IMG/VR virus record: IMGVR_UViG_3300027533_000074
Span: 1 to 28,069 of that record
DNA length: 28,069 nt
Direction: 5' to 3' (one strand)
From: a virus
Taxonomy: Duplodnaviria; Caudoviricetes
Below are positions 16,294-25,197 of the stretch, one piece after another. Under the pieces are notes generated by a model. The model saw nothing but the letters and a program-made list of their open reading frames with translations. It ran no database searches and had not been told where the DNA came from. How positions within the stretch are numbered: position 1 is the first letter of the stretch; each line of letters opens with the position of its first letter. A program made the translations under genes and the position numbers.

Positions 16294-18678
16294 TTAACCA
16301 ACTTGGAACGCCCGTAGCGTACCCTTAGCCGCCTTGGGAGCGCCTTCCTTCCTTAAGAATTCCTCCGTACATTCGAATAATTCGCCGTTGTCCTTTAACG
16401 CTTGCAACGTCTTATTTATAGCTTGGGTAGTTCCAAATCTGTCATTCTTGAAAACAGATATAACAGACAAACGTTTATTAATATAAAGATACGGCACAAT
16501 ACGTTGTTTATGTAAGTTAGCAGCAAATGACCCCATTTGTTTAACGTAATTAGATACATTATTAAAATCTGAATTTACATATTCATTACATATCCTCATA
16601 GCTTGCGTCTCTTGTTTCGAGGTTGTATCGTCCTTGCCTACTTCGCCATGTTCAAACCGGCTAGAGATATTGCGGATACTGGACGTAGTGAGACGTTCCG
16701 ACCATTCCCATATCGGAGCGTCAATTGTGGGGCTATGGGGGTTGATCCCTATGGCTATCAGGCTAGCAACCTTGAGCGTTATAAGATGCGCGCGGTTCCA
16801 TAGTTCTGCCATTGATTTATTCTCAGGCTTATTAATTGCCGTTCTGGCATATTCGCCATATATCCGTTCCAACTTTTTAGCGTCATCCGTAAATGTTGGA
16901 ATGACGGTTTGCCCCTTAGCCATTAGGTCATGACATTGTGCCCCTAGCGCCGCTATCTTCTGGACAAGTTCCATAGGGGGTTGGACTATATGAAACGTTT
17001 CGCTTAATGGGGGACGTTCGCCGTAGTATTCAATAATCAGGAACCGGGGCAAGAGGCCTTGAGATATCATACCTTCCGTTAAACCTTCGTAGAATGTTCC
17101 CGGCGTAGTTTCCGCCAGAATAGAGAACGCTGGAGAATTCAAGATTTTCGTATTCTTGTCCTTGTCCGAATAGACCATGGGACGGAGAACGTTACCCGCC
17201 CCGGACTTGCCGTATACATCCAACAGAACACTACGCAACCCCACAAGATAGCCGCTAGCGTTTTGCGCTGTCATGGCCTGAAGCTTCAAACCAAATTCAC
17301 CAATGACAGAAACAAAACAAGAGCGCCTATCCAACTCCCGGAGTAGTGCCGCGTCCGAACGTATTTCCCCCGGGCCAAGGAATTCAACGATTGACGGAGT
17401 AGCTACAGCCCCGGGCCGGTTCGGAATTAACGTTGCCGCCGAATTAATAAGTTTCGAAATCCCCGACGCCATGGCCTCTTTACCGCGTCCGCTTTCAGCT
17501 ACCAGCAACGTATAGAGGTTCAAACCGGCCCCGCTATAGGTGTTGAAGGCCCGTCCGCAAAGTCCGGACATAAGCCCGATAGCTCCGGCTAATGCGATTT
17601 CAGGAACGGGGAGGGGAGCCGCCTTATAAATGAAATCTGCAATTTCGCCCATTAATCCGGGGGGCAATGTGTAGGGATTGACAGCCGGAGAACTACCCGC
17701 TACCAGTGTCGTCACGCTATGCGGTTCCGGGCCTACCCCCGTTCCCCGTTGTTGTACGGCCCCGCCCATAGCAGACGGCCCCGGCGCGGTTGACCATAGG
17801 TCCGCTACGTTCGGGGCCGTCTCGTTTATACGGCTAAACGACGCCTTAAGGTTACTAAAATCAATCGGGGGCATGTAGCGGTCAAAGCTACGAACCACCA
17901 TTGTATTGACGTAATCGTTACGGAGCGCCTTGGTACGCTGGCCTAGCGCCGACATACGAAAGACCCGCGCGATTTGCTCCCGGTTCTTCGTATGGAATAC
18001 TAACATATCTATCAGCGCAAAATCAGCTTCCGATTGCGATTGATAAACCCCCTGCCATTCTCCCATGAATAGCGCCGCAAACTTCGCGCTTTCTTCCATA
18101 GCCTTTAATATTAGTGTGTTATCGTCTAACGTTTGGGGTTCGTCAATGGTTATAGCATGTCCATTGATATCCTTTCCCATTTCGTGCCAAAGTGTATTGG
18201 CCAAGGATTGACGTTCGGCTATCGGCTTCGCTGCTACTACGTCTCCCGTTACAGTCATGTATCTATGTGAAGAATATAATTCGATATTGCCGCGCCGCCG
18301 TCCTTGTGGGACATGAGCCTTAAAGATGATATGGCAACCGAACCCGCTAGGCGAACGTTCGGCGTAACTGTCAAACGCTTCAAAGATTTTAATTTGCCGT
18401 TGGAGCGTTGCCGCGTCCGTCGTCTTGTCTAAATCAATGAACGCAAACGGGTCCGTATCCGAAAGGACAAACCCCAACCCCGAATATCCATTGACAGTTG
18501 AGTAAGTAGACAAGGCGTGTTCAAACGGTACCCAAGTTCTAAAATCGTCTACTTTAGCCGGAAACCCCGTCTTAGGGTCATAGGGAATTTTCGTAGGTTT
18601 GCCGTCCCGTTCTTCATAGCGCCAACAAATCCAGTTGGGATATTGCTTCAACTCTTGTGGAATATCGTCGTATGCCAT
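16294..18678 (-). CDS. NrS-1-like primase-polymerase fused to a DUF3987-type P-loop helicase
   Basis: IP.ELK.Y.NW..W...K.PY, GLGFVL...F..IDLD, SY.E.SPSG.G.H, IELYS..RY.T.TG, SQSEADFAL helical domain, AESGRGKE Walker A; start set to ATG 18678 (track 18762). Confidence 0.88.
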   Translation of the reverse strand: MAYDDIPQELKQYPNWICWRYEERDGKPTKIPYDPKTGFPAKVDDFRTWVPFEHALSTYSTVNGYSGLGFVLSDTDPFAFIDLDKTTDAATLQRQIKIFEAFDSYAERSPSGFGCHIIFKAHVPQGRRRGNIELYSSHRYMTVTGDVVAAKPIAERQSLANTLWHEMGKDINGHAITIDEPQTLDDNTLILKAMEESAKFAALFMGEWQGVYQSQSEADFALIDMLVFHTKNREQIARVFRMSALGQRTKALRNDYVNTMVVRSFDRYMPPIDFSNLKASFSRINETAPNVADLWSTAPGPSAMGGAVQQRGTGVGPEPHSVTTLVAGSSPAVNPYTLPPGLMGEIADFIYKAAPLPVPEIALAGAIGLMSGLCGRAFNTYSGAGLNLYTLLVAESGRGKEAMASGISKLINSAATLIPNRPGAVATPSIVEFLGPGEIRSDAALLRELDRRSCFVSVIGEFGLKLQAMTAQNASGYLVGLRSVLLDVYGKSGAGNVLRPMVYSDKDKNTKILNSPAFSILAETTPGTFYEGLTEGMISQGLLPRFLIIEYYGERPPLSETFHIVQPPMELVQKIAALGAQCHDLMAKGQTVIPTFTDDAKKLERIYGEYARTAINKPENKSMAELWNRAHLITLKVASLIAIGINPHSPTIDAPIWEWSERLTTSSIRNISSRFEHGEVGKDDTTSKQETQAMRICNEYVNSDFNNVSNYVKQMGSFAANLHKQRIVPYLYINKRLSVISVFKNDRFGTTQAINKTLQALKDNGELFECTEEFLRKEGAPKAAKGTLRAFQVG

Positions 18679-18757
18679 GTCATTCAACCCCCACACTTGA
18701 GGTTGCCCGCCGCCCCGGCCCCGTTTTTTAGCTTTCGGAAAATCGTTCCCGGGGAGT

Positions 18758-18834
18758 ATCATGCTTCCGTCATGTGGCCCTTGTCAAACCCCCATGGGTA
18801 GCGTCTTGACAGGTTTGGCCTACGGGGACAGACT
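18758..18834. promoter_or_regulatory. Back-to-back divergent sigma70 promoters (primase and replication operon)
   Basis: - strand TTGACA 18787-18782, 18 bp, CATGAT; + strand TTGACA 18806-18811, 17 bp, CAGACT. Confidence 0.55.
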
Positions 18835-19001
18835 ACCGGACGGGAACGGGATATGGACTATTGGCAAACACACCCGGGTTAGCGAAACGGCACGCCCGTT
18901 GCAGCGTTACAGCAACGGGGCCGGGTAGCTTGTATTTGTCGCCAACTCCTATCGCCTGATACCCGGCCCTTTATATCGTAGTTCCAAACGGGGAAAGAAC
19001 C

Positions 19002-19328
19002 ATGGCAAAGAACTTTGAAGAACTTGAGAACGGTATACGACAAGCGGCTAGTACCGCCGTAGCTGAAGCCCCAACCAAAGGGGAAGTCCTAGCGGACAGG
19101 GTAGCGAATACACTGGACCTTGCTAGTGCAACTGTCCTAGAACGTATTGACGCTATCGTTAGCGAAATGCAAGCAATGCGAACAGCTATCATTGCAGACG
19201 CCGATAGGGTCAAACAGGAAATTCAGAACCATATGAGATTTAGCGCCGAATGTGCTAACGTCATGGACAGTATGAAAAGTCTGATTAATGTTACTTCGCA
19301 AGAGGCTGAAACCCTCAAGAGGAAATAG
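19002..19328 (+). CDS. Hypothetical coiled-coil protein
   Basis: GGGGAAAG RBS; helical heptad pattern. Confidence 0.75.
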   Translation: MAKNFEELENGIRQAASTAVAEAPTKGEVLADRVANTLDLASATVLERIDAIVSEMQAMRTAIIADADRVKQEIQNHMRFSAECANVMDSMKSLINVTSQEAETLKRK

Positions 19329-19330
19329 CT

Positions 19331-19825
19331 ATGTCATGGCAAACAGCAACGGCTAAGACGTATACGCCAGATACCCAACGTTTGCTAACATATGTGCAAG
19401 GCGATATAAACGCTTTGCTCCAGTTGTGGCAAGCGAAACACGCCGAATTGGAAGCCGCCAAGGCTACCGAAATGGGGTTGCGCCGGGCCGTATTCGAAGT
19501 CCAATTTCCGGACGCAAAAGAGGGAACCCAACGGGTAGCCATTGGCAACGGATGGTTTCTGAAAGCCGTATACCCTCAGAACTACCGGCTAGACAAAGAC
19601 ACTACGGAAGGGGTCCAAGCCGCTATTGCGAAGATTAGCGCCAAGGCTGAAGTTGTGGGGGACAGGCTTGTAAACTGGAAGCCTGAACTTTCAATCAAGG
19701 AATACCGGCTATTGGAAAAGCCGGAACTAACTCCGGAAGAACAACAAATCAAGAAACTGATTGACGGAGTATTGACCATTACTCCCGGAGCGCCCCAACT
19801 GGAGTTAGAGGAACCTAAAGCGTAA
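19331..19825 (+). CDS. Phage replication-module hypothetical protein
   Basis: E..LR......F....EGT......G..LK.....Y.LD...WKPELS..EYR.L...P.LE pattern, recalled from genes upstream of AAA_24/DUF669 modules. Confidence 0.8.
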   Translation: MSWQTATAKTYTPDTQRLLTYVQGDINALLQLWQAKHAELEAAKATEMGLRRAVFEVQFPDAKEGTQRVAIGNGWFLKAVYPQNYRLDKDTTEGVQAAIAKISAKAEVVGDRLVNWKPELSIKEYRLLEKPELTPEEQQIKKLIDGVLTITPGAPQLELEEPKA

Positions 19826-19826
19826 C

Positions 19827-20087
19827 ATGGCACGAACCCGCCCGCCCCATCTTCGTTTGATACAGACGATTGGTAACAGCTACCCATTCTTGAACTTAGC
19901 TACCGCCGTTAAATTACCCTACGGGGATATACTGTTATACGCCGACGCTTTTAGTAAGGGGTTTCATGATTTGAATTGTTGGGAGCGTATAGCGGTTCAG
20001 AAGTTGGCGGACCAATTCGCTAAAGACGGCGAATACCAAGGGGCCTTTCTACAGGCCTACAACAAAGGAAGGAAGGACAATGGATAA
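19827..20087 (+). CDS. Hypothetical protein
   Basis: Tightly packed in operon; GAGGA RBS. Confidence 0.7.
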   Translation: MARTRPPHLRLIQTIGNSYPFLNLATAVKLPYGDILLYADAFSKGFHDLNCWERIAVQKLADQFAKDGEYQGAFLQAYNKGRKDNG

Positions 20088-20334
20088 GATCATTAGCGCC
20101 GCGTTGAAACACTTCAACGTTGACGAAATGCAACATCTACGCTCCCTCTTGACTCGGGTTGCGGCACGGTTGGCCAAACCGGACAAGGCGGAAGTCCAAG
20201 CCGCCGCCGACGCCTTGGGAACCAAAATCAGCGAACAGGTTTCCGCGTCCGAACAGACGCCCCCGGAGGACCCCGCGAAGTCCGAACAGCCCCCGGCGGA
20301 AGCCGAACCCGTTCCTCCGCCGCCCAAGGCCTAA
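20080..20334 (+). CDS. Hypothetical protein, paralogue A
   Basis: AAGGA RBS; shares a motif with 20589..20825. Confidence 0.75.
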   Translation: MDKIISAALKHFNVDEMQHLRSLLTRVAARLAKPDKAEVQAAADALGTKISEQVSASEQTPPEDPAKSEQPPAEAEPVPPPPKA

Positions 20335-20337
20335 CCC

Positions 20338-20607
20338 TTGGCGCGGTTTCGACATAACATTATTGGACAAGGCGAATATAAGTTCGCCTTGTTCGATAGC
20401 GTCGTATATAAGAACGAAGATATTAAAGTTATGGCTACCGTCGTCGCACGATTTAGGAAACGTAGCAACCTTCAATTCAGATATGTAATTGAAGATAAGA
20501 ACGGATTTCTAGTAATAACAAGCGAAGAACATTTAGAACCCCATTTCAACAAAGGTAACGTACATCGAACAGGGAAAGGGAATGAACCATGGACGCAACC
20601 AAAGTAA
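20338..20607 (+). CDS. Hypothetical protein, possibly small beta-barrel
   Basis: TTG start uncertain; YKF.LFD.V......ATVVARF......RYVIE pattern. Confidence 0.6.
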   Translation: MARFRHNIIGQGEYKFALFDSVVYKNEDIKVMATVVARFRKRSNLQFRYVIEDKNGFLVITSEEHLEPHFNKGNVHRTGKGNEPWTQPK

Positions 20608-20825
20608 TGCCAGTATTCGACATTATGACAGTTGACGAATTACAACACGCTAGGTCACTATTCACTAGAGTAGCTACCCGCTATCAACATTCCGAAACAG
20701 CTACAGAAATGACTATAGCTATCGTTGCCGCTAACGAAATGGCGGACGAAATTACGGCGAAAACTCCGGCGGATAAACCGGCTCCAGAAGGCGACGAAAT
20801 CACCGGGCCGGAGCCTCAAGAATGA
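20589..20825 (+). CDS. Hypothetical protein, paralogue B
   Basis: Shares a motif with 20080..20334; ATGA coupling to the ATPase. Confidence 0.75.
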   Translation: MDATKVMPVFDIMTVDELQHARSLFTRVATRYQHSETATEMTIAIVAANEMADEITAKTPADKPAPEGDEITGPEPQE

Positions 20826-21511
20826 TACAGCTACAATCTACAGCGTCTTACCAATCCCGGGGCGTTAAGGTTCTGGTCTATGGCCCCCCGAAAGTTGGAA
20901 AGACCCGGCTAATCGCTACCGCCCCTACTCCCGTCATATTTTCAGCGGAAGGCGGACTATTAAGCTTACGAACGTATAACCTCCCGTATTTTGAAATCCG
21001 TAACCTTAGCGATTTGCGGGAGGCTTACCATTGGAGCATTAGCAGCAACGAAAGCCGCCAATTCAACACTATAGGACTTGATAGTATTTCCGAAATCGTT
21101 GAACAGATACTAAAGGCCGAAATGGCTAAGACCCGTGACCCTCGCAAGGCCTACGGCGAAATCATTACCCAAGGTTTGCAGATAGTCCGGGACTTCCGGG
21201 ATATGCCGGATAGAAACGTCGTATTGATTGCGAAACAAGAATACAGCAAAGACCAAACCGGAATGATGTTCAATCAACCGTCATTCCCGGGCCAACAATT
21301 GCAGAACCAAGTTCCGTATTTTCCGGACGAAATCTTTCAATATAATATTTTACGCAATCCGCAAACCGGCCAAAGAATAGAAGCCTTGCGTTGTTGGCCG
21401 GATCAAACTAACATAGCAGGGGACAGGTCCGGGGCCTTGGACGAATGGGAACCTCCCAACTTGTCTCACATCTTTCAAAAGATAATGTCAGGTCATGTAG
21501 CCAAACGGTAG
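20822..21511 (+). CDS. AAA_24-family ATPase (Sak4-like recombinase/annealase)
   Basis: KVLVYGPPKVGKT Walker A, SAEGGLLS, LDSISE Walker B, PYFPDE, AGDRSG.L. Confidence 0.9.
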   Translation: MIQLQSTASYQSRGVKVLVYGPPKVGKTRLIATAPTPVIFSAEGGLLSLRTYNLPYFEIRNLSDLREAYHWSISSNESRQFNTIGLDSISEIVEQILKAEMAKTRDPRKAYGEIITQGLQIVRDFRDMPDRNVVLIAKQEYSKDQTGMMFNQPSFPGQQLQNQVPYFPDEIFQYNILRNPQTGQRIEALRCWPDQTNIAGDRSGALDEWEPPNLSHIFQKIMSGHVAKR

Positions 21512-21524
21512 AAAGGACTAAACC

Positions 21525-22370
21525 ATGGCGTTTCAATTCAATGCGAGAACGGTAGCCCCACAAGTAGCGTTGGACCCTGTACCCGAAGGATGGTACAAAG
21601 TTGTCATTGACAAATCCAACGTCAAACCTACCCGGGACGGCCAAAATGGCATGATTGAACTTCAATGCAAGATCATTGAAGGACAATTTCAAACCCGGGT
21701 CTTATACTATAATCTGAACCTTTGGCATAGCAATGCGACGACAGTTGAAATCGCCTATAAGCAACTGTCCGCTATCTGCCATGTTGTGGGGCAATATGAT
21801 ATCGTAGCCCAAGACAACGCCCCCGCCGACAACTACCTTCCAATGTTGCACAACGTCCCCTTTATGGTTCACGCCGTAGTTACCCAAGGCGAACGGGGAC
21901 CAATCAAACAATATTCGGGGCTCAAAGACACAATGGGCAACGACCCCGGCAAAGGGGGACAGGCCCCACAACAGACGGCCCAACAGTTCCCGCAAGGCGG
22001 TACCGCGCCCGGAGCATGGCAAGGGGGAGCGCCCGCGCCTACTGGAGCGCCGCCGCCCGCCGCCGGTCAATGGACTACCGCCGCCCCGCAACCCGCCGGA
22101 GCGCCCCCCGGGCAACCTTGGGGAGACCAGCCCCTTCCCCCCGGCCTAACGCCTAGACAGCCCCTACCCCCGGCCCCGCCGCCCGGACAGCCCTTCCCGG
22201 GCCAACCCTACCCGCCCCCTCCGGCCCCGGCCCCCGCGCCAATGCCCGGACAGCCCCAATGGGGAGCGATCGCGCCCGGGGCACCCCAACAGCCCCCACA
22301 AGCTGCCCCGCAATGGCCGGGCCAGCCCGGAGCGCCGGGACAGGCTCCAGCTTGGGGAGGCCCCCGCTAA
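21525..22370 (+). CDS. DUF669-family putative ssDNA-binding protein with long P/Q/G/W tail
   Basis: P.PEGWY.V.I..S..K.T..G.G...L...I.EG....R......NL...N.....IA..QL.AIC.VVG. Confidence 0.85.
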   Translation: MAFQFNARTVAPQVALDPVPEGWYKVVIDKSNVKPTRDGQNGMIELQCKIIEGQFQTRVLYYNLNLWHSNATTVEIAYKQLSAICHVVGQYDIVAQDNAPADNYLPMLHNVPFMVHAVVTQGERGPIKQYSGLKDTMGNDPGKGGQAPQQTAQQFPQGGTAPGAWQGGAPAPTGAPPPAAGQWTTAAPQPAGAPPGQPWGDQPLPPGLTPRQPLPPAPPPGQPFPGQPYPPPPAPAPAPMPGQPQWGAIAPGAPQQPPQAAPQWPGQPGAPGQAPAWGGPR

Positions 22371-22509
22371 CTCCCTTGGCGACCCCGTTTAGGGAGTTGG
22401 GACGGCGGGGGGTTCAACTTTGGCACACACCAAACCCCCGTGAACCCCCCGTCTGCCCCGTTCACGTTTTGTTCTGGAGGTTCCCGGTTTTCTATATTTT
22501 TGGGAACGT

Positions 22510-23343
22510 ATGTCTATAAACCTCAAGATACTATCCGAACGTATACGCAATGATATTGATAGGCATTGCGTTGAACTATACGCTGAAGAACACCGTAACC
22601 ATTTAGGGGCCAGCGTAATAGGGCACGATTGCGAAGCCTATATTTGGCTAGCGTTTCGTTGGGCTAGAAAGGAAATATTCAGCGGACGTATGCTCCGGTT
22701 ATTCAATCGGGGGCACCGCGAAGAACAGCGTTGTATTGAATATCTAAAGGGTATTGGTTTCAATATCTATGACGCTCCGAATAACGAACAGTTCCGTATT
22801 GTGGGGTATGGGGGTCATTACGGAGGTTCAACGGATAGTATTGGGACAACACCGTATAAGGATTTCCCGGAGCCTATGGTATTGGAATTCAAAACCCATA
22901 ATTCTAAATCGTTTGCCGATTTGAAGGATAAGGGGCTACTCCGTTCCAAGCCCCGACACTACGCCCAAATGTGTAGCTATGGACAAACCTACGGATATAA
23001 GAACGGATTATATTACGCCGTTGGCAAGAATGACGATGATATACATATTGAAGTTGTGAAGCTGGACTATACCCAAGCCGAGTACTTACACGCTAAGGCG
23101 GACAAGATCATTCGTTCAATGGTCCTACCGCCCCGCATTGCCCTACAAGAAACCTACTTCGAATGTAAAATGTGCCCATTCGTAGGCGTATGCCATAGGG
23201 GAGAACGTCTTGACATTAGTTGCCGTTCGTGCTTCAATGCCGAACCCATTGATAACGGGCAATGGTTCTGTAGACACTTTCAACAGACAATACCAACGGA
23301 GTTTATCCCGAAAGGCTGTACCAACTGGAAGTCTATTCTATGA
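22510..23343 (+). CDS. Cas4-like PD-(D/E)xK exonuclease
   Basis: R.HLGAS.IG..C....W, GS.D, LEFKTH, H..Q...Y, C-terminal CxxC...C and CxxC. Confidence 0.88.
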   Translation: MSINLKILSERIRNDIDRHCVELYAEEHRNHLGASVIGHDCEAYIWLAFRWARKEIFSGRMLRLFNRGHREEQRCIEYLKGIGFNIYDAPNNEQFRIVGYGGHYGGSTDSIGTTPYKDFPEPMVLEFKTHNSKSFADLKDKGLLRSKPRHYAQMCSYGQTYGYKNGLYYAVGKNDDDIHIEVVKLDYTQAEYLHAKADKIIRSMVLPPRIALQETYFECKMCPFVGVCHRGERLDISCRSCFNAEPIDNGQWFCRHFQQTIPTEFIPKGCTNWKSIL

Positions 23344-24920
23344 TACCGCGTTACTACCAAACGGAAGCCGTCAATAGTTTGTTTTCGTATTTCAACGAAA
23401 ACAAGGGGAACCCCGTTATTGCAATGCCAACGGGGACAGGCAAATCTATCGTCATAGCGGACTTCCTCCGTACCGTATTTCATTACTGGCCTTGGCAACG
23501 GATAATGATTTTAACTCATGTCCGGGAGTTGATTGAACAGAACATTAAACACTTACAGTTGGCATGGCCTACCGCACCTATCGGCGTCTATTCCGCCGGG
23601 CTAGGTCAACGTGACTTCGTGCAACCAATCATGTTTGGGGGCGTTGCCTCCGTCGTAAAATGTATTGAACGGTTTGGACACCGTGACTTGCTAATTATTG
23701 ACGAAGCACATTTACTGAACCCCGACAGTAGCACAATGTATCAGCGGGTCATTGAAGGATTGAAGGTTATCAACCCGCATCTAAAGGTCATTGGTCTAAC
23801 CGCGACATGGTACAGGCTAGGCCAAGGGCTATTGACAACCAACGGAATATTTACGGACCTTTGCTACAACATTTGCAATACGGACGGATTTACCCGGCTG
23901 ATATCGGAAGGCTATCTATCAACCCCTATCCCCCGTCAGACGCAAACCGCCTTGGACGTTGCAAACGTAGACATGGCAAAGGGGGAGTATATCCAATCCC
24001 AATTGCAGAAAGCCGTAGACAAGAACGACATTAATAACGCCGTAGTTCAGGAAATGATTAAGCACGGGCATAACCGCCAAGCTTGGTTGATATTCTGTAG
24101 CGGTATCGAACACGCCGAACACGTTGCCGAAATCCTGAACTATTACGGTATCCCAACCGGAGCCGTACATTCCAAGACCAAAGACCGGGAAAAGATCATT
24201 GACGATTTCAAAGCCGGAAGGCTCCGGGCTGTCACGAACAACAACGTATTGACTACGGGCTTCGATCATCCGCCCATAGACATGATTGGAATGTTACGCC
24301 CCACACTATCGCCCGGCCTATGGGTTCAAATGGTTGGACGCGGTACCCGCCCGTCCCCGGAGACAGGCAAGACCAATTGCCTTGTCTTGGACTTCGCCCG
24401 CAATACCCTCCGGCTAGGCCCGATAGATGATCCCCGTATCCCCCGGACCAAAGGGGCCAACGTAGGCGGGGACGCTCCCGTAAAGATTTGCGACGTATGC
24501 GGAACCTATAACCATGCCCGCGCCAAGTTCTGTATTGGTTGCGGTACTGAATTCGTCTTTGCTCAAAAGATGGTACGCCAAGCTGATACCCGGGACCTGA
24601 TATCTACGGGCCAACCTTTAATCGAAACCTACGACGTAGACCGGACGCATTATAACCGTCACATTGGTAAGAAATCCGGCATTGCAAATATCAAGATAAC
24701 CTATTTCTGTGGCCTGAAGATGTTTCAGGAATACGTTTCGTTTGACCATATAGGCTTCGCGAAACATAGGGCTAATGAGTGGTGGAGACAGCGTAGCGCC
24801 GACGAACCGCCGCTATCAACGGACCTTGCCTTACAACAGATAGCTAGACTTCGTACACCCCGAAAGGTCCGCGTTTGGATTAACCGCCCCCATCCTCAAG
24901 TCTTGAGCTACATCTATTGA
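23340..24920 (+). CDS. SF2 helicase (RadD/YejH-like) with zinc finger
   Basis: MPTGTGKS, DEAH, TAT, LTTGFD, QMVGRG.R, CxxC...CxxC. Confidence 0.93.
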   Translation: MIPRYYQTEAVNSLFSYFNENKGNPVIAMPTGTGKSIVIADFLRTVFHYWPWQRIMILTHVRELIEQNIKHLQLAWPTAPIGVYSAGLGQRDFVQPIMFGGVASVVKCIERFGHRDLLIIDEAHLLNPDSSTMYQRVIEGLKVINPHLKVIGLTATWYRLGQGLLTTNGIFTDLCYNICNTDGFTRLISEGYLSTPIPRQTQTALDVANVDMAKGEYIQSQLQKAVDKNDINNAVVQEMIKHGHNRQAWLIFCSGIEHAEHVAEILNYYGIPTGAVHSKTKDREKIIDDFKAGRLRAVTNNNVLTTGFDHPPIDMIGMLRPTLSPGLWVQMVGRGTRPSPETGKTNCLVLDFARNTLRLGPIDDPRIPRTKGANVGGDAPVKICDVCGTYNHARAKFCIGCGTEFVFAQKMVRQADTRDLISTGQPLIETYDVDRTHYNRHIGKKSGIANIKITYFCGLKMFQEYVSFDHIGFAKHRANEWWRQRSADEPPLSTDLALQQIARLRTPRKVRVWINRPHPQVLSYIY

Positions 24921-25114
24921 ACGGAGCTACCATGGATATCAAACGCCTAGAACTACAAAATAAAGAATTCGACGCTCTAACAGACTTAGCCAAAGAATGG
25001 GAAACCTTAAAACGTATTGCAGTAGTAGACGACGATTACCCCTACTACCGGCAGAAATATGAATGGGCTTTGAAAACTTTCATTGAAGCCTGTAACGCAA
25101 ATCGTAAGCCGTGA
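24917..25114 (+). CDS. Hypothetical protein
   Basis: Packed in operon; ATG 24932 after GGAG is an alternative start. Confidence 0.7.
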   Translation: MNGATMDIKRLELQNKEFDALTDLAKEWETLKRIAVVDDDYPYYRQKYEWALKTFIEACNANRKP

Positions 25115-25197
25115 AATGTTCTTGTGGCAAAGAACTAACGGACGTTGAACTATGCCCGTTACCTATCGGACAACCCTGCTACTATGGAGCTACGAAC

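Noticed and set aside
18679-18762. N-terminal extension of the primase in the ORF track
   Set aside because: ATG 18762 lies within the predicted -10; recognisable sequence begins at MAYDDIPQEL
18860-18900. c-di-GMP-I riboswitch resemblance (GGCAAAC...CGAAA...ACGC)
   Set aside because: GACGCAAA core and supporting stems are absent; kept only as a generic structured leader
22510-23343. Cas4 as evidence of a CRISPR system
   Set aside because: No other cas genes or array; standard phage replication-module nuclease
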